Of a DNA stretch of 64,000 nucleotides, positions 36,101-50,300 are shown piece by piece; the first letter of the stretch is position 1; each line of letters begins with the position of its first letter. The DNA is from Bilabrum cf. latius (taxonomy: Eukaryota). The notes under the pieces are model-generated. The model worked only from the letters and a program-made list of their open reading frames with translations, was not told the origin of the DNA and searched no databases. The stretch lies in the NCBI GenBank assembly GCA_965178125.1, contig OZ237770.1, positions 1 through 64,000 on the forward strand, given 5' to 3'. The position numbers and the translations under genes are program-made.

Positions 36101-37892
36101 GGACATAGTTGACGGAGGATGTGGGGAATGGAAGAGCACGCACAGCGGGGGTGCTATCACGGAGATTAGCGTCGCACTGCAGTGCACTGCAGCGCGCGAT
36201 CTCATCTCACAGGTAAGCGGCGTCCTCTGGGGAGAGATCGGCGGCATTGCGGCACAGGAACGCCCACGCAGCGTCGAAGAGGAGGGAGCCCTCCAGCACG
36301 TGTCGTTCGTGCAGTGCACCTGCCAGCAGGCATATGTCAGCCGGGGATGGGATAGGCAAATCCGTGACTGTGCCCCCCGCACCCGCACCCGTCCCACCGT
36401 CGGTACCCCGACCCCAGCCGCTGCTGAGGTCTGCGACTGGTGCGGAGGATGACGAGGACGACGAGGACGAGCGGGGCGGTGCTGCTCTTGCACCACTAGG
36501 GCGGGCAGCACCAGAAGCAGCGGTGGTCGCCATGCAAGGGGGGGACGACGAGGACGGCGTGGACGGCGGGACCACGACGGCGCGGGAGCGGCCATGCGCT
36601 CCGGTCGTCACACTCGTCCCATCTCCGTGCCGTGTCGCGGGCTGTGAGCCCATCTCCATCTTCAGTTGCTGCTCCATCTTGTCTTGGTGCCTCTTCCGGA
36701 TGCTTTTCATGCTCGTCACACCGCGTGCTGGCGGCAGCCGGGTCCTCCTCGCTTCACCTGGAGGCTCACCGACCCACGCGAGGAGGTCGCGTTTCGGCTC
36801 CGAATCTTTCCCGCTGCCTGCCTCACCATGTGCGCGAGCAGCAGCACCACGCGGTGCGCCTGCAATTCCTCCCTCCATCGGGGCATGAGCCAGTGCCATG
36901 CCCCCATGGGCCAGTGCCATGCCGGGACCATCCCCACCTCCAGCCCCCGTCTAAGCACGGCCGTTCGAGGCCGCACTCGTCACATACCTTCTATCTCCAA
37001 GCGCGATCCCACCCGTGGTCTGCATCCCTCTCGATGCACGCGCTCCCTCTCTCTCTCCCTCTGCACCCCCACCCCCACCATCCCCGTGCACCTTCAGGTT
37101 GTCCTCCTCCTGCCTGCCGCGGTGCCTCGCGAGCACCTGCCTGAAAGCCGCCCGCACCCGCGCCCTGAAGTCCCGGCCCTCGTTCTTGCTGTATGAACCG
37201 AAACGCGCCTCTACCACTTCCCTGGCTCTGCAGACGAGCGCTTTCTCGACCTCGCCGCTAGGCTGCAGCAGCCTCGGCGCCTCGCACAGGCACAGGAAAA
37301 TCCGATCGGCTGCCATCTGAGCGAGCTCGGGCAGATCCAGAAAACTTGCTGCCTCTAGCAAGCCAACAGTAGATCCAAAGCTCAGCTGCGACAGCCTAGT
37401 TGATTGAGCAGCAGGCGAGGACGACCCGCTTACGACATACAGGTACCTGCGGTCAAGAGACAGATGGTAACATAGCAAACAAAATGCAGACGATCATTAG
37501 TTTATGTGATATATATACCATTCGTATCTGTGGCTGCCGTCTGAATGTCGCTGGAGCGTACATCGCGGTGCCAGTGGCGTTTTATCACTGAGTGACAGCT
37601 CAGCTTCTCACTCGATAGCAGCAGCGATCGCATCTGTATCTACGTACTCCCCAATAACTCCACACTACAGATCCTCTTTCTGATCTCTGCTTTTGGCTCT
37701 CAATGGAAACGTCATGGCTGCTTGTAAAGTAGGCGACTTCATCAAAACAAGTCGATGCGCCTGCACTTTGAGTTGCTCGAAATTATGATTTTCTCGACCA
37801 TTATCCCCCGGTAATTCAGGCCATAGGGTTAGCACAATATCTGTCCAATCTGAGGAAGCAGCCCCTGGAGCAAGTGGTAGCCTTTTGTCCAT
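33182..37892 (-). CDS. Large BTB/POZ-domain protein with a putative C-terminal MATH-like domain, multi-exon
   Basis: BTB motifs SDWTDIVL, AHRLVLMKSP and YLY...LLEAASFLDL. C-terminal MATH-like motifs SQPVSMFGSTW, LSVFLRL and WGW. There are three predicted introns and many in-frame TAG; ends TGA at 33182. The start is uncertain. Confidence 0.65.
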
Positions 37893-38676
37893 CGTCCGGG
37901 CGAACGAATGTCTTTGGTCCACTGGTGTGATTGAGTCTTCATCTTCGAAATTCGTGCCCTCAAAACTTCATTTGGTTGTCCATTCAGCAGGCTCTAATGC
38001 GCGGAAAGTGCTCGAATAATATGCACAAAAAGGGAAATATCTATCTGGGTCTGCTAGTGTTGTCTAAGCCCCGCCCCCTGCCACCAGCACTCGGCCCCAG
38101 CCAGACCTCGGTCCAGAGGGAGAAGCAGTCCTGATACAAGTCCCCACTCCCCTTGGAGAAGCAGTAGCAACGGCATCAAGGCACCCGCCTGCCATTCGAC
38201 CCCCTTCCAATGCCTGCCACCCATGGTACGATTTCCGGCCCAACCAGGTGATGGTGTCGACGGCGTGAAGCGGTGAAGCACCCTCCTCATCACAATGCGA
38301 TGCACGCGCTGGCATGCAGCTAATGATGGCATTCTATACTCGTAGGTATCCCGGTGTATGATGGCAACGCAGTGCATTGCGACTGGCCTGTAGCGCATTG
38401 ATCTGCAACATCCCCCACGTTCAAGCATCACCCCGGACCTCCCATACCCATCTCATGTAGCACAGTCAGACTGATAGGGTTGGTTGGCTGTGCTTCTTCC
38501 CAGTGGCGCTGCAGGTGACCTGCCCACAGCGGTGCCGCCTGCAGGCAGCACAGGCATGTGATCGTGGTCGACGAGACAGTCCATGCTCCTTCCTTGGAGG
38601 TTTCACGCTGGTACCTCCCAATTAGAAGTCATAGACATGCGACATTTGTCCCCCGGAGTCATTCAATGCTTGCGGA

Positions 38677-39150
38677 TTAAACAGGCCGCGGTCGCTCTTC
38701 CTTTGCCTTGCCCGCGAGCAGGTCCACCACCAAAGAGACTCCTGGGAGCGATAAAATTGGCCCAACAATAGGGACGTTCCGGCCCAAGCCAATAGCAGAT
38801 CCCAAAAACGCGCCAAATATGATTAGAAGTCCAGCAATCTCTACCATTGCACCAATCAACCCCCATCGCATGACAACCAACACAAGCCCAAACCAGAACA
38901 TGATTCTGCCGCTCGTTTTGCGCCAGAACGCAGTGGTGTCTTTCTCCACTGCTTGTACCGGATTGAAAAATGCGAGCGATTGCTTCCACCCGATGAAGAA
39001 TGGCCAGCCACTAAGGAAAACAACATTGCCGAGCGACAACAAGGACGCGTCAAAGAACAGCAAACATCCTAGCAGTATCAGCCCAAGCCCCACAGATAGG
39101 AGCATAAGCCCAATTTTCTGCCCATCCTTCAGCGCAAATGCATCAAGCAT
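38677..39150 (-). CDS. GOT1: Vesicle transport protein Got1/GOLT1
   Basis: QKIGLML...LFFDASLLSLGNVVFLSG...RNVPIVGPIL; ends TAA. Confidence 0.9.
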   Translation of the reverse strand: MLDAFALKDGQKIGLMLLSVGLGLILLGCLLFFDASLLSLGNVVFLSGWPFFIGWKQSLAFFNPVQAVEKDTTAFWRKTSGRIMFWFGLVLVVMRWGLIGAMVEIAGLLIIFGAFLGSAIGLGRNVPIVGPILSLPGVSLVVDLLAGKAKEERPRPV

Positions 39151-39378
39151 ACTTATCGGTACCTGTCGTGGACTCGCCAGCCAACGTCTCGCAGCTGGCG
39201 CCGCGGACCACGTGGGATTACGGAACCAATTGATTCGTTGGTGGAGGTCCAAAGGACAAAATCCGATTCAGCATGCCGCATACACCATAAAAGTTAACAT
39301 GTTTGAATAATACTCACGCTAGAACAGACCGCAAGGCCGCATAGCCCACAGCAGGGGGCCACTACGGGAGTTGGCAGA

Positions 39379-41103
39379 TCAGCCATCCACATGTCCAGCA
39401 GCAGCCCCTACCGCAGCCGAACCGTTCTCCCACGCCACCGCAGGGCGGGACCCAGAGCCCCCCGAGCCCATCGCTACCTGCACCTGGGAGGGTCCTCGCT
39501 GCACCTCGTCCGTCCTGTCGCACTCGTCACATGTCATGAGCTCGTCCGAGGAGCACGACTCGCAGTCGCTGCCCCCGTCCCGCTTGCCCTCCCCGATCTA
39601 TCGGTTGAGCGCGTCAAGAGCGTCCTTGGCCTGGCCCTCGGTTTCTGCCACCGGGGACCCCTTGTTCCCTGGCGCATCCTCGGCACCCCCGCCAACCACA
39701 TTGACCACACCCTCCCCCTTCTTCTCCTTCTTGTCCGGCACGAGCTTGCCCTGGGCGAGCAGAGCCACCTCGTCCAGCACGGCCTGCACGATGTCCTCCA
39801 GGGACTGCACGTGCGCCTGTGCCCACTGGTTCGACCACATGCCCAGCACCATGGCGGGGAGATACAGCACCAGCACCATGGGCTTGCCTGCTGCCGCCAT
39901 CATGAGCGCGGGGCCGGGGCAGGCTCCTGTCAGCGCCCAGCCCACGCCGAACACCATGCCCCCGAGCACGAGCCTCACGGTGATGGTCCTGCTCTGGGGA
40001 ACACAGAAACGCTTGCCCTGCCCCTCGGGGTGTGACGCGAGCAGCGGCTCCCCGATCTGGTAGGCCAGCCTGTACGCAGCCGCCACCACCAGCACTGCGG
40101 CTCCCATGACGAACACGAGCTGGCTGTCCCACCTCGGGTCGAGGGTCAGGAAGCCCAGGAGCTTCTCCCGCTGGGTCATGCCACCGACAGCCAGCCCGGT
40201 CGCGAACACAGCACCGGCCAGGAATGACGCTGCCGAGTCAATGAGATCGTGGCTGCTTCGCCAGAGGATGAGAACGACCCCGAGTGCCACCACGCTCACA
40301 GCCAGCACAGCCATGGACACCTCAGGGATGGGGTCGTTGGACAAGAAGAGCGCAGAGTCGGATTTGAGCATCGCGTTGCCTGTGGCTGCGTGCGGCTGCC
40401 CGTCCCTGTCAAATGCGCCAGCGAGCGCCCCCCCTCCGTTGGCGGGAGAGTTGACCGCAGTGGCAGTGAGGAAACCGGTGGCCATGAAGGCGGCGGTCGC
40501 CACGATGCTCCTTGGCGACACCCGGCTCATGCCGCACACGCTGTGGCCAGATGTGCATCCGCTGCCAAATCTCTGCGAAGCCAAACAGGATAGAACATTG
40601 AACAAAGACAAGTATGGACGGTTCGGGATGCGGGCCTTTCGATGGCAACTTGCACCTCAGGTATAGCTTGCAGTCTCACAGTTCCGAAGCCGACTAGGTA
40701 CCCTCCCAGCGCGTATGCTAGCTCGGAGCCCTCCATAAATGGTGCTGATGCGCCCTTATTTAGAGTATACATCATTTCTCTTGAGCTTTCGGGGATTGCC
40801 AAGGCAGCGGCGAGCGCCAAGAGACCAGCAAGCCATGCAATCTTGAAACGCATATCCGACGACTGGAAGAGAGCAAGCGTGTTGATAAACCCTGCATTAA
40901 TTAGAATTAAGTCAATTCGAGTGTCCAGTATCATATATTGGGGGAATACCGTCGAATCGTAGTGGCAGATGTGCACGGCTGCAAACCCCTAACAGCTAAT
41001 CTTTGAACTCACCTGAGATGCCTGTCAGCCGCCCCGTCACCAACAAAAGTCCTGCACTAGACAAACCAACTGCAATTCCACCGATAAGGCCTTCCCACCA
41101 CAT
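39379..41103 (-). CDS. YeeE/YedE-family sulfur-compound (thiosulfate) transporter, both halves in one chain
   Basis: Motifs GLIGG...[39 protein letters not shown]...FL...WD and [20 protein letters not shown]. Two introns; TAG at 39598 reads through to TGA at 39379. The start is uncertain. Confidence 0.85.
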
Positions 41104-41351
41104 GTTTTGAACCTAATGTGTTTTGGTATGAGTCCTTGGAAACTAGACTGGCGTGTCAGCTGATGGAGAATCGAGTCCGAATCATATTGCGGAACCAGTA
41201 ATGCGCGGCGGCGTGACCGGAGGGTGCCAGTGATTCGTGCTCGTTCAGCGCGGCCAGAGTGCAACAAGGCATGTGGGCGACTACGCATTGAAATGGACGC
41301 AGCAAGTCAGTACTAATTGAATTTCTTTTGGTGTCTTGACCGAGCTGGTAC

Positions 41352-44300
41352 ATGTCAAGGAATACTGACGAATCAGACGGCATGCCCATTCAGTCACCTA
41401 GTAGGCAAGAAACTCTGAGCAATTCTCGTGATCTCACCTCAACAAATGCGGCGTCTGTAGGGTCAGTACAATGTAATTCTGGCCCCTAGCTTGTTGATGC
41501 GGCGCTAGAGAGCAATGTGAACGCTCACCGCCCTGCCCCAGGCATGGTCGGGCAGCCTCTGGATGTATTCCTGATAGACGAGGATTTAGAAGACCGTGGC
41601 CTGTCGCATTTATCTAGTATTGGGCCATACCATAATTTACCCTATATGAGGGATGAGCCGCGGTCGCCTTCAAGGCCAGCAGGGTTGCGGCGCCGGTCAG
41701 AGGCGGCGCTAGCAAGCTCAGCACCTCTACACCCAACAGAGGACAGCCCGTTCAATGACAGCGCAACGTTGATTTAGCAAAATAAAGTGCCAGTTTCACG
41801 GGATACGGCTGCAGTAAGGATGGCGCGTCTGGATGTGACGCCTGGCCGAGGGCAGTCTGCTGACCACGCGACCATGGAGGCAGTTGATTTTCTGGGCAGA
41901 CCACTTCGCATGGACACTGGCAGGCCGGCTGTTCAGCACCAGACCACAGTCTCACATGTCAAATAGCCGCGTGATCTAACAGAGCGCGGCCGGGGCGAGC
42001 TCCCAGCCACCGTCCTCGCCGCAGTGCTGGCAGATGGCTCCTTGCGACCGTTCGGTACGGCCCCCCCTGCTGCAGAGCTGTCTCCTGCCCTTCGAGCGCA
42101 CTACGACTCCGTGCGATAGGGCGACGACGATGGTCCAGCTGCCGCCAGCATGGTAAGCGAGGCGCTGGCGGCCACTGGGCTCATCTCCAGCGGGGTCCTC
42201 GAGAGTACCGGAGGGAACGGTGGGGGGGGTGGCCCGGGGGATATCCCCGGGGGACTTGGGGGTCAATCCGGTGGGAACCGCTCCAATGCCTCGAAAGAGT
42301 CTGATTAGGCGGTTCCTTTGGGCGCCCCTGCCCTGTGGCTGTTCCGGTGCCCCACCGCCACCCGGTCGTTTAGCGAGCTGCTGCTGGGGCAGCCGTGGTT
42401 CGACCCGCTCAGCTTGGCGTTCATCTTCGCCAACTGTGTGCTACTGGCAATTGAGACCCCTGCATCATTGCAATCCAGCGCTGCAAATGACAATGATGCA
42501 GCATATAATGCGCAGGTGCTGCGTGGCATTGATCTCTTGTTCACAATCTACTTCACACTCGAGCTGATGGTTCGCATGTTCGCACTGGGCATAGACACCA
42601 AAGACTCGGGAAGCTTTTTTCGATCCGGGTGGAATTGGCTAGACCTCGCCGTTGTGGTAGAAGGGATTGTCAGCCAGCTGGACGTGCTGGCCGTTGGGAT
42701 CAGCCTGGCACCGCTGCGGGCAGTGCGTGCGCTGCGGCCACTCAGGAGCATCGATCGGCTGCCTGGGCTGCGGCAGCTGGTAGATTCCATCTTGTTCTCC
42801 CTTCCCATGCTTCTGAATGCTTTCGCTGTCATGTTGCTCTTCTTTGCCGTGTATGCGGGCATCGGGGTGCAGCTGTGGAGAGGGGATCTGAGGCAGCGGT
42901 GCTTCGATGCCAGCACAGGACACTTGGTTGTGGGTGACAGTAGGCCATGTGGGGGCTTGCATTCGTGCAGCGCAGGTGGAAATGGGCTGCACGTGTATGA
43001 TGGCAATAGTAGCGAGGCTGTATCTGGTGTTGCTGGGCTTGTAGGCTCGGTTGACTCCGAACGACAGGTGTGTGGCCTGCACGATCTCTCTCCTGCGGCC
43101 GGCACGCTGGGCTTTGACAATGTTCTGCAGGCTGGTCTACTGCTGATGTCTATCCTCACACAGGAAGGATGGTCTAGCGCCATGTACGCAGTGCAAGACG
43201 CCTCCACGCCCTGGGCATGGGTGTACTTCGTGACTGCCCTGCTGCTCGGAGGCGTTCTCCTGGTCCACTCTCTGGCCGCCATCATGCTCATGAAATTTAA
43301 CGAGTCCACCAGGACCCGAGAACGCGAGGCTAAGATGCAGGCTGCGGTGGAACAAGCCAGAGATCGCACGAGGGCGCGCGTGCTTGAGCAGGAGAGGTAG
43401 CGCAAGTAGGACGCCCTGAGGAAATCGAACCAGTCTGAGGCGGCGGCGGGCAGGCTAGCCATCATGCGCAGGATGAAAGAGCTAGGCGAGGCCCTGCGCA
43501 GTAAGCCCGAGGGAGCAGCGCCCAAGGGCGCGTCAGCTTCGATGGAAAGCGGTCGCGCCACTGCGGACGGGTAGGGCGAGCCAGCTGTGCCCATTGCAAA
43601 CGGCAGCGGAAGTGCTGGCGTCATGGATAGCGATAGCAACCGTGACAGTGACAGCGACGATGATGATGATGATGATGACAGCAGAGGGGGCAATCTCTCA
43701 GACAGTGCGAGGACAGATAGCAGCGTAGAATTCGCCGACATATCAGTGCTGGGCCAGCTACCCGAAGTGGATACATTCGCAGTGCCTGTTGGGCTAGATG
43801 GGCTCAAAGCTGAGGCCGTTGACCCCGACCGAGGGCGTGCATCTTCAGGGTCATCAGAACCATCCTATCGCTCGCTGGACACCCCCATGCACCAGAAACA
43901 GCGGAGGTGCAGTGCTGGCAGCAGCATTGAAGCAGATGAATCTGGCCATCAAGAGCTAGGATCGCTGCAGGATAATATGCACGACAAAGGAACAAATCGT
44001 CACAGCGGGCGTATCCCTGCCACGCCCGCTGCATCGGTGGCCGCACATAGCTCCGTCCGACTGCCGCATGCAGCTCGTGTTGCTCTTTGTCCCAGCTCTG
44101 CTCATCCTGCATCGAAGTCAAGCGCGAGCGCAGGAGACGCAGCGAGCTAGCGTCGGCCGATCCAGCCAGCATCAGCGCAAAACAGCAGGCTATCAGACAG
44201 CATACTGTCCGCCACAAACAATCATGCGTATGGGGAGCACGGGGGCACCGTGTAGCTTGCTGCAGCAATACTGCAGGATGCATTAGTCCGATCTGATGGC

Positions 44301-47300
44301 GATGCAGACGAAGCGGGCGCCCTGCTTCGCGGCAAGTCGCACGCCTGGTGGTCAGCACACCTAATCGGTGGGAATAGGGTAGAGCGCGCGCAGGGCGACT
44401 CAGCCGACGGAGACTCGTCGGTATGCGAGGGCTGTCTTGGATGCATGGCAGCAGCACAGGACTGCGTATGTCCCAGGGATAGCACCGCAGTGCAGTACTG
44501 CCAGCTGAACGTGTCTCTTCCGCTAGAGCTCTACGTGGTGCGGCGCAGCTGGTTTGACTCGCTCATGACAATCACGGTGCTGGTCAATACAGTGGCACTG
44601 GCGCTGCAGCACCATGGCATGTCATCAGAACTAGAACAAGGTTTGAACGCGACCAACACGATCATCACTGGGATTTTTGCAGGTGAGCTGGCCCTGAAAC
44701 TGCTGGGAATGGGGCTCGCTGGATACTGCTCGGACGTGTTCAACGTGTTCGACGGGCTCGTCACCCTGATCGCTGTGGTGGAGCTGGTGGTGGCAGGGCC
44801 AGGCGGTGGATCGGGGCAAGGGCGCGCCATCTCGGTGCTGCGGCTGCTTCGGATTGTGAGAGTCTTTCGGCTGGTTAGGCACTGGGAGAGCATGCAGCAC
44901 CTGCTGCGGGTCCTCGTGAGGACGCTCCCGCAGTTCGGGTACCTGGCCCTGCTTCTGTTGCTCTTCCTCTTCGTGTACTCTGTCATGGGGATGCACCTGC
45001 TGGCGGGTGCATATCAGGATGACCTGTCGAGGAGCCTTGATGCCACCGAGCCTTTTGCCAGGGCTCGTAGAGCTGCACTCGGGTTGCCCACAAACACAAC
45101 GGGTGGATACACTGGGTTTTCACCGGAAGAATTGGAGGCTGTGCTCGGCGAGACTGCAAGCACACGCGGCATCAACGGCGGCCTGCCCCTCTTCGAGCTC
45201 CCAAGAAATCACTTCGACAGCATGGCCTACTCGTTCATCACCATGTTCCAGGTGCTTGCAGGGCAGGGCTGGAACCACATCGCAAGGGACGTGGCAGCGT
45301 ACGCTTCCCCTTGGTACCTGATTTTGATCGTGTCTTGGGTATTCGTAGGCAGGTTCATCCTGCTGAACCTGTTCCTGGCGATCACCATTGCTGCCTTTGA
45401 CGACAGCGGGGAGGATACAGGGACTAGCGGTCATGAGAACGCCGCTGACTTGCAGCACACTGCTATGTCAATGTTAAGGCAAGCCAAGCAGGTCCAGGAC
45501 TTTCACTCGGTCAACTCTGGGGTTAGTATCCAGTCCGGTGTTGTTTTGGCCCGGAAAGGCACCTTTCAGCAACTGGTCGCCAGCGCCATCAGCTTGCCGC
45601 GGCTGGCCAAAGCCACTAATTCCGAGGCCCAGAGTGCCACCGAGTCTTCCCGGCCAGGGAGCAGTCTGCAGCGGTTTCACGACAGCATCGGCAGATCGGA
45701 CCACATCGGTGGAGCAGCAACGAATCTGACGAATACGCCATTAGCAACAGGTTCGGAGGCACCCCAACGTGAAATGGGCAGCGGGAAAGGAGCAGCAACC
45801 AGCCATGGACCTGCCAGCACAGGTCCCGGTGCAGTGACGTCTGGCGAATCGGTCGTTGCTGATTCCCGTGAAGGAGCTTCTTCCTCTCTATCACCGAGCA
45901 GCCGTGGCTCGTCCATCATAGCAAGTGTGGACGATGGGCAGGTGGACTGGATCGATGACGCCGACTGTGGCGCCCCTGAACCTGCGGTGCAGCCCCCAAC
46001 GGCTATTCGGGGGAGTTCTGATCCGCCTGCAACGCCCCCGCAAAAGCAGCTTCTCGTCCCATCTGCGATACTTCGAAGTGCACAAGGCAAGCTGATCAAA
46101 GCAAGCAGATCATAGGTCGGCAGCAAGGCAGCTGAACCTGACTCACGGTGCTCAGTAACCGGGGCAGCATTACTTTCAGAGTCAGAGTCAGAGTCAGGGT
46201 CTGAGCCAGAGCCAGAGCCAGAGCCAGAGCCAGAGTCAGAGTTACACCAAGCTTCCATTCATACCGGTAGCTCCTTTGCACACTAGAGCAAAATCGGCGC
46301 CGATTCGTGTAGTCAGTCGAAGGATCAGCCTGCCGCAGGAATGCGATCGAGACTGAGTGCAAGACCTAGTCTGCTGGGCGCAAGGGCATAGTCCTGTAGC
46401 TCAGTTTCTGAGGTGCTGGGCGCTGGGGCAGGGTCTCGTAGCTCAGCATCTGAGGTGCAGCGAAGCAAGGCCGTGGCCTTATCTGCAGCATCGAGGCCTC
46501 TCGCATGCAGCGCCACCGGTGTGACTCGCAAGGAGTGCATGGACATGGGTAGGATCAGGCAAGTCGCCCCACCGGATGACACGACACATTGGACCGCCGC
46601 ACCAAGTCAATCCCTTCAACTTCAACGCAGCCCGAGTACACGATCGAGTCCCAGCACGTGCGCGTGCACCTTCCTCCCGCGGGACGGCGAGCGGCCCAGC
46701 GACCTTCGATCTCTTCGTCCTGAGACCGACTACTGGGCTCTGCAGCCTGCAGCACTGACTCGTCCACGACTGCGGCAACGTCGAGCCACGAGCGACAAGC
46801 ACACAGCGCAAGCTCCAGATGTAGCCCAAGCACCAGGTGTACCACTAGTGCCCACGTGCGTCATGATCACATGCGAATGCGATGCAACGCGAGCTAACTG
46901 CCTATGCTGTGATGCTGGTGGGGTATGTGCTGACCGTGCGGGCCAGTGCCTGGATTGGGAGCTGGTCTGCAGGTGGGGCTCACGCGACTCGCACTGGCGA
47001 ATATCTACGCGAGGCATAACGCAGGTACTAACTATAATTAGTACCATAGCTATGGCTGTATCAGGACATCCAAGCGGGCAAACAAGCGCCTGGGTGCGTG
47101 CCATTGATGTGCTGGCGTCTCTGGCCTTCGCTGTCGAGCTGGCCCTGCGGTGCATACGACACGGCGTGCTAATGCACAAGCAGGCAGTTCTACGATCTGT
47201 ACAAGGAATACTGGACGCGGCATTCGTGCTTGGGTCGGTGATCGAGCTTGCAGCTGTCCTGCCTTCCGCAGGGGTCGACCGCGAGTCGATTCCTCGTGCG

Positions 47301-50300
47301 ATCGTGCTGACCGCGGTCTTCGCTCGGGTGCTGCGGTGCACGCGTCCTTTCCGATCGCTGTCTATCAGCCGAGGCGTCGCTCGGGTGGGCACAGCGCTTT
47401 GCAACGGCCTCCCAGGCATGGTGAACGTACTTGGCATTGTTCTGCTGGTCTGGTTCCTGCTCGCGGTGCTCGGGGTGCAGCTGTTCGCCGGGGCCATCAG
47501 GGCTTGCTCCGATCCGCTGTTCCCTGAAGGGGCCTTGCTTGTGCCACAGGCAGGCGATTCGGTGCTCGGAGTATCCAACAGCAGCAGTGCAAGCGACGCC
47601 AACGGTACTGTGCCTATCCAACCAATGCATTGTGAGGGGACGTTCCTTGACACAGCTACCGGATTGCAGTCCCCGCGACGGGTGATCGTGGGCGAGTGGA
47701 CCTTCGATAACAGCGCCCAGGCGCTCTTGGCGCTGTTTGTAGCAAGCTCCGGGGAGGCTTGGCCCGGGATGATGTTCGGCCTGGTCGACGCGGTCGGCCC
47801 CAACACGCAGCCGAGACGAGACAACAACATGGCAGCCTCTATGTTCTTCGCTGCATTGGTGGTGCTCGTGCAGTTCTTCTTGCTGCAGCTTGTGGTGACA
47901 GCCATATACGGAAGCTTTCGCCGGGTTCAAAGCAAGCAGCATGGCGCAAGGAAGCTTACCAAGAGACACAGCGACTGGTTGGCGGCGTAGGAGCAGCTGT
48001 CTCGTGCCAGGCCACACCAGCTCCAGCCCGTGGCGCGCACAGAGTTGTAGGAGAGTCTTCTGTCGTTTGTGGACAGCGAAATAGCGCATAAAGGAGCCAT
48101 GGCGTGCATTGTACTGTCCGCACTGGCTCAACTGAGCGTGCACCACGGCTAGCCCCGTTGGGTGGACCCGGCGATCGAGTGGGCGAGCCAAACATGCGCG
48201 GCAGTGCTGGTTCTCGAAGCGTGTGCATGCGTGTTTGCAATGCAGTGGCAAGGGTACTGGGCGAGAAGGAGAAATCGGTTCAACCTGGTACTGGCAGTGG
48301 CTGGATGCATCGACCTGTTAATCGTGCCTGCGCTGAGGCAGAGCGCGCCAGCCATGAGCACCGCGGCGGGATAGACTGTTGTGCGCTGCATGCAAGCACT
48401 TCGGTTTGCCAGGCTGTTTCGCGTTGCTCGCTCTTTTCCAGAGGTGCATGGAATGATGCAGGCTCTCGCACGGGCGGCGCCTGCTGTCTTCCAGCTTATC
48501 GTGATTGTGGCGTGCTGGCTGCTCGCATATGGCATCGCAGGGATGGCTCTGTTCGGGGACTAGGACACGAGTGCGCAGCTGGGTCCACATGGCAACTTCA
48601 AAACGATTGGATCTGCTACCCTGCTTCTGCTCCGTTGTGCGACGGGGGAGGGCTGGGAGCAGGTGATGAAGGCGGCGTGGCGTGGCGGCGGCATTTTCCG
48701 ATGGGCTGCTGCGCCTTACTTTCTGTCATTCGCGCTGGTGACGGTATACACACTCATGAGAGCGTTTGTGCTGGTTATCGTTGACGAGTTTGAGCGATGG
48801 GAGGAGGAATCCACGGGCTCAGCAGCACTGCTTCTTGCTGATTTCCGGCGGGCGTGGGCCAAGGCGGACCCATTCGGCAAGGGATGGATCGCGGTGCGAC
48901 AGCTGGAGGCATTCCTTAGGGACTTGCCCGAGCCCATGGGCCTGGGGCACGAAGCTCCCTTCTCTGACTTCCTGCTGTACCTGCGCTCGCTGAATCTCTC
49001 CGCTTGGGACGGGTGCGTGTCGTTCCGCGAGGTGCTGCTGGCTTGCCACAGGGAGACCATTGGAGTTGGGGTGCCAGAGCACGCGCGGCTGGCCATGCGT
49101 ATGCGGCCGGACAGAGTGAAGTCCAGCGTGCAAGCTAGTATCGAAAACTGGAAGGCAAGTCAGCAGGGGGAAGGTCAGTCGGCGGATTGCTATTCTGTCG
49201 GTGACATAGGCACGGGCTGCCTGGGCAGAGGCTCTAGACTTCCCACCAACGCCGGCGGAGCCCTCGATGCATCCAGCACTGCCGCCGGCGTATGGCCTGT
49301 GGTAGCCTGGGGTGGTCCTTCCGATGGACTCCTCAGCATCATTGCTGACCCTGCAATTGCAGCACTGGCCGCCGTGCCGGCGCAAGCCTCCCCGTTCGAT
49401 TAGAGGCCCGGCTCCACCGCTATTTTAAAGCTGCGGGCCAGGAAGGCGAGGCTATCGCGCGAATTGGACTTGCTCGCTGGAGCTCGACAAGATCTGGAGC
49501 GGCTATCGGCCTTGGATGCCACGACTCGCAGGCGGGATGGCGCGTGGCAGGGGCCAAAGAGTCCAGCCAAGGCTGCGACAACACGCGATTCGTTCCCAGC
49601 TGGTCGTCGCACCGATGATGCCGACGGCAAGAAGGTCGGTGACCACAACGATCCGGATGCCACCCTACCAGCGGCCGCATCCAGGTGGCAGTCGGCACAG
49701 ATGCTGACCCAGGCACAGCAGGCTGCCAGGCGCGCTCGTCGGCAGGTTTAGCGGAGCACTCGGCAGATTTCGGCGATCATCCACAAGATCGAAGCAAGAG
49801 CAGCGGCAACTCGTGCGCGCATCAGGGGGCACTCGAGAGGGCCAGAGGCAGAGGAGAAGCAGAGGTTGGTCATAGAGGCAGAAATGCAGGAGCAGGCACT
49901 GCTGCACACACCGACATGGTTCAGCCGAGTCTTCGGTCCGGCCGAAGCTGCGCAAGCGCTGCGGAGGCTGCAGGAAGCAAGGATTAAGAGAGTCCGGGCT
50001 GAGCTAGGGCTATGGTCTCAGCAGAAACAGGGCTAGGAACTGGCGTTTGGAGATGATTCAGATGGCGAAGGGGAGGAAGGCGGGACGCCGCAGGTGGTGG
50101 GGCTGAGACGGGAGCTGGATCCAGATGCAGTAGAGGCGGCTCGGTCTGGCTGGTCTGCCAGCGAGGAAATCAGTGTCAGGCCGAGAGACGCGACTCGCAC
50201 CGACGCTCTTCTGCTAGTTGCGATTGCTAAAGCGAGGCCGAAGCTACTTGAGTGGAGGCGCAGGGCGCTGGCCAGCCTGAGTAGGAAGAGGGTGAGGCGC

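Noticed and set aside
34397-36209. In-frame TGA codons in the BTB gene (36207, 34397) as evidence of UGA reassignment
   Set aside because: Each lies within a predicted GT-AG intron (gtgag donors), and the frame resumes correctly after splicing.
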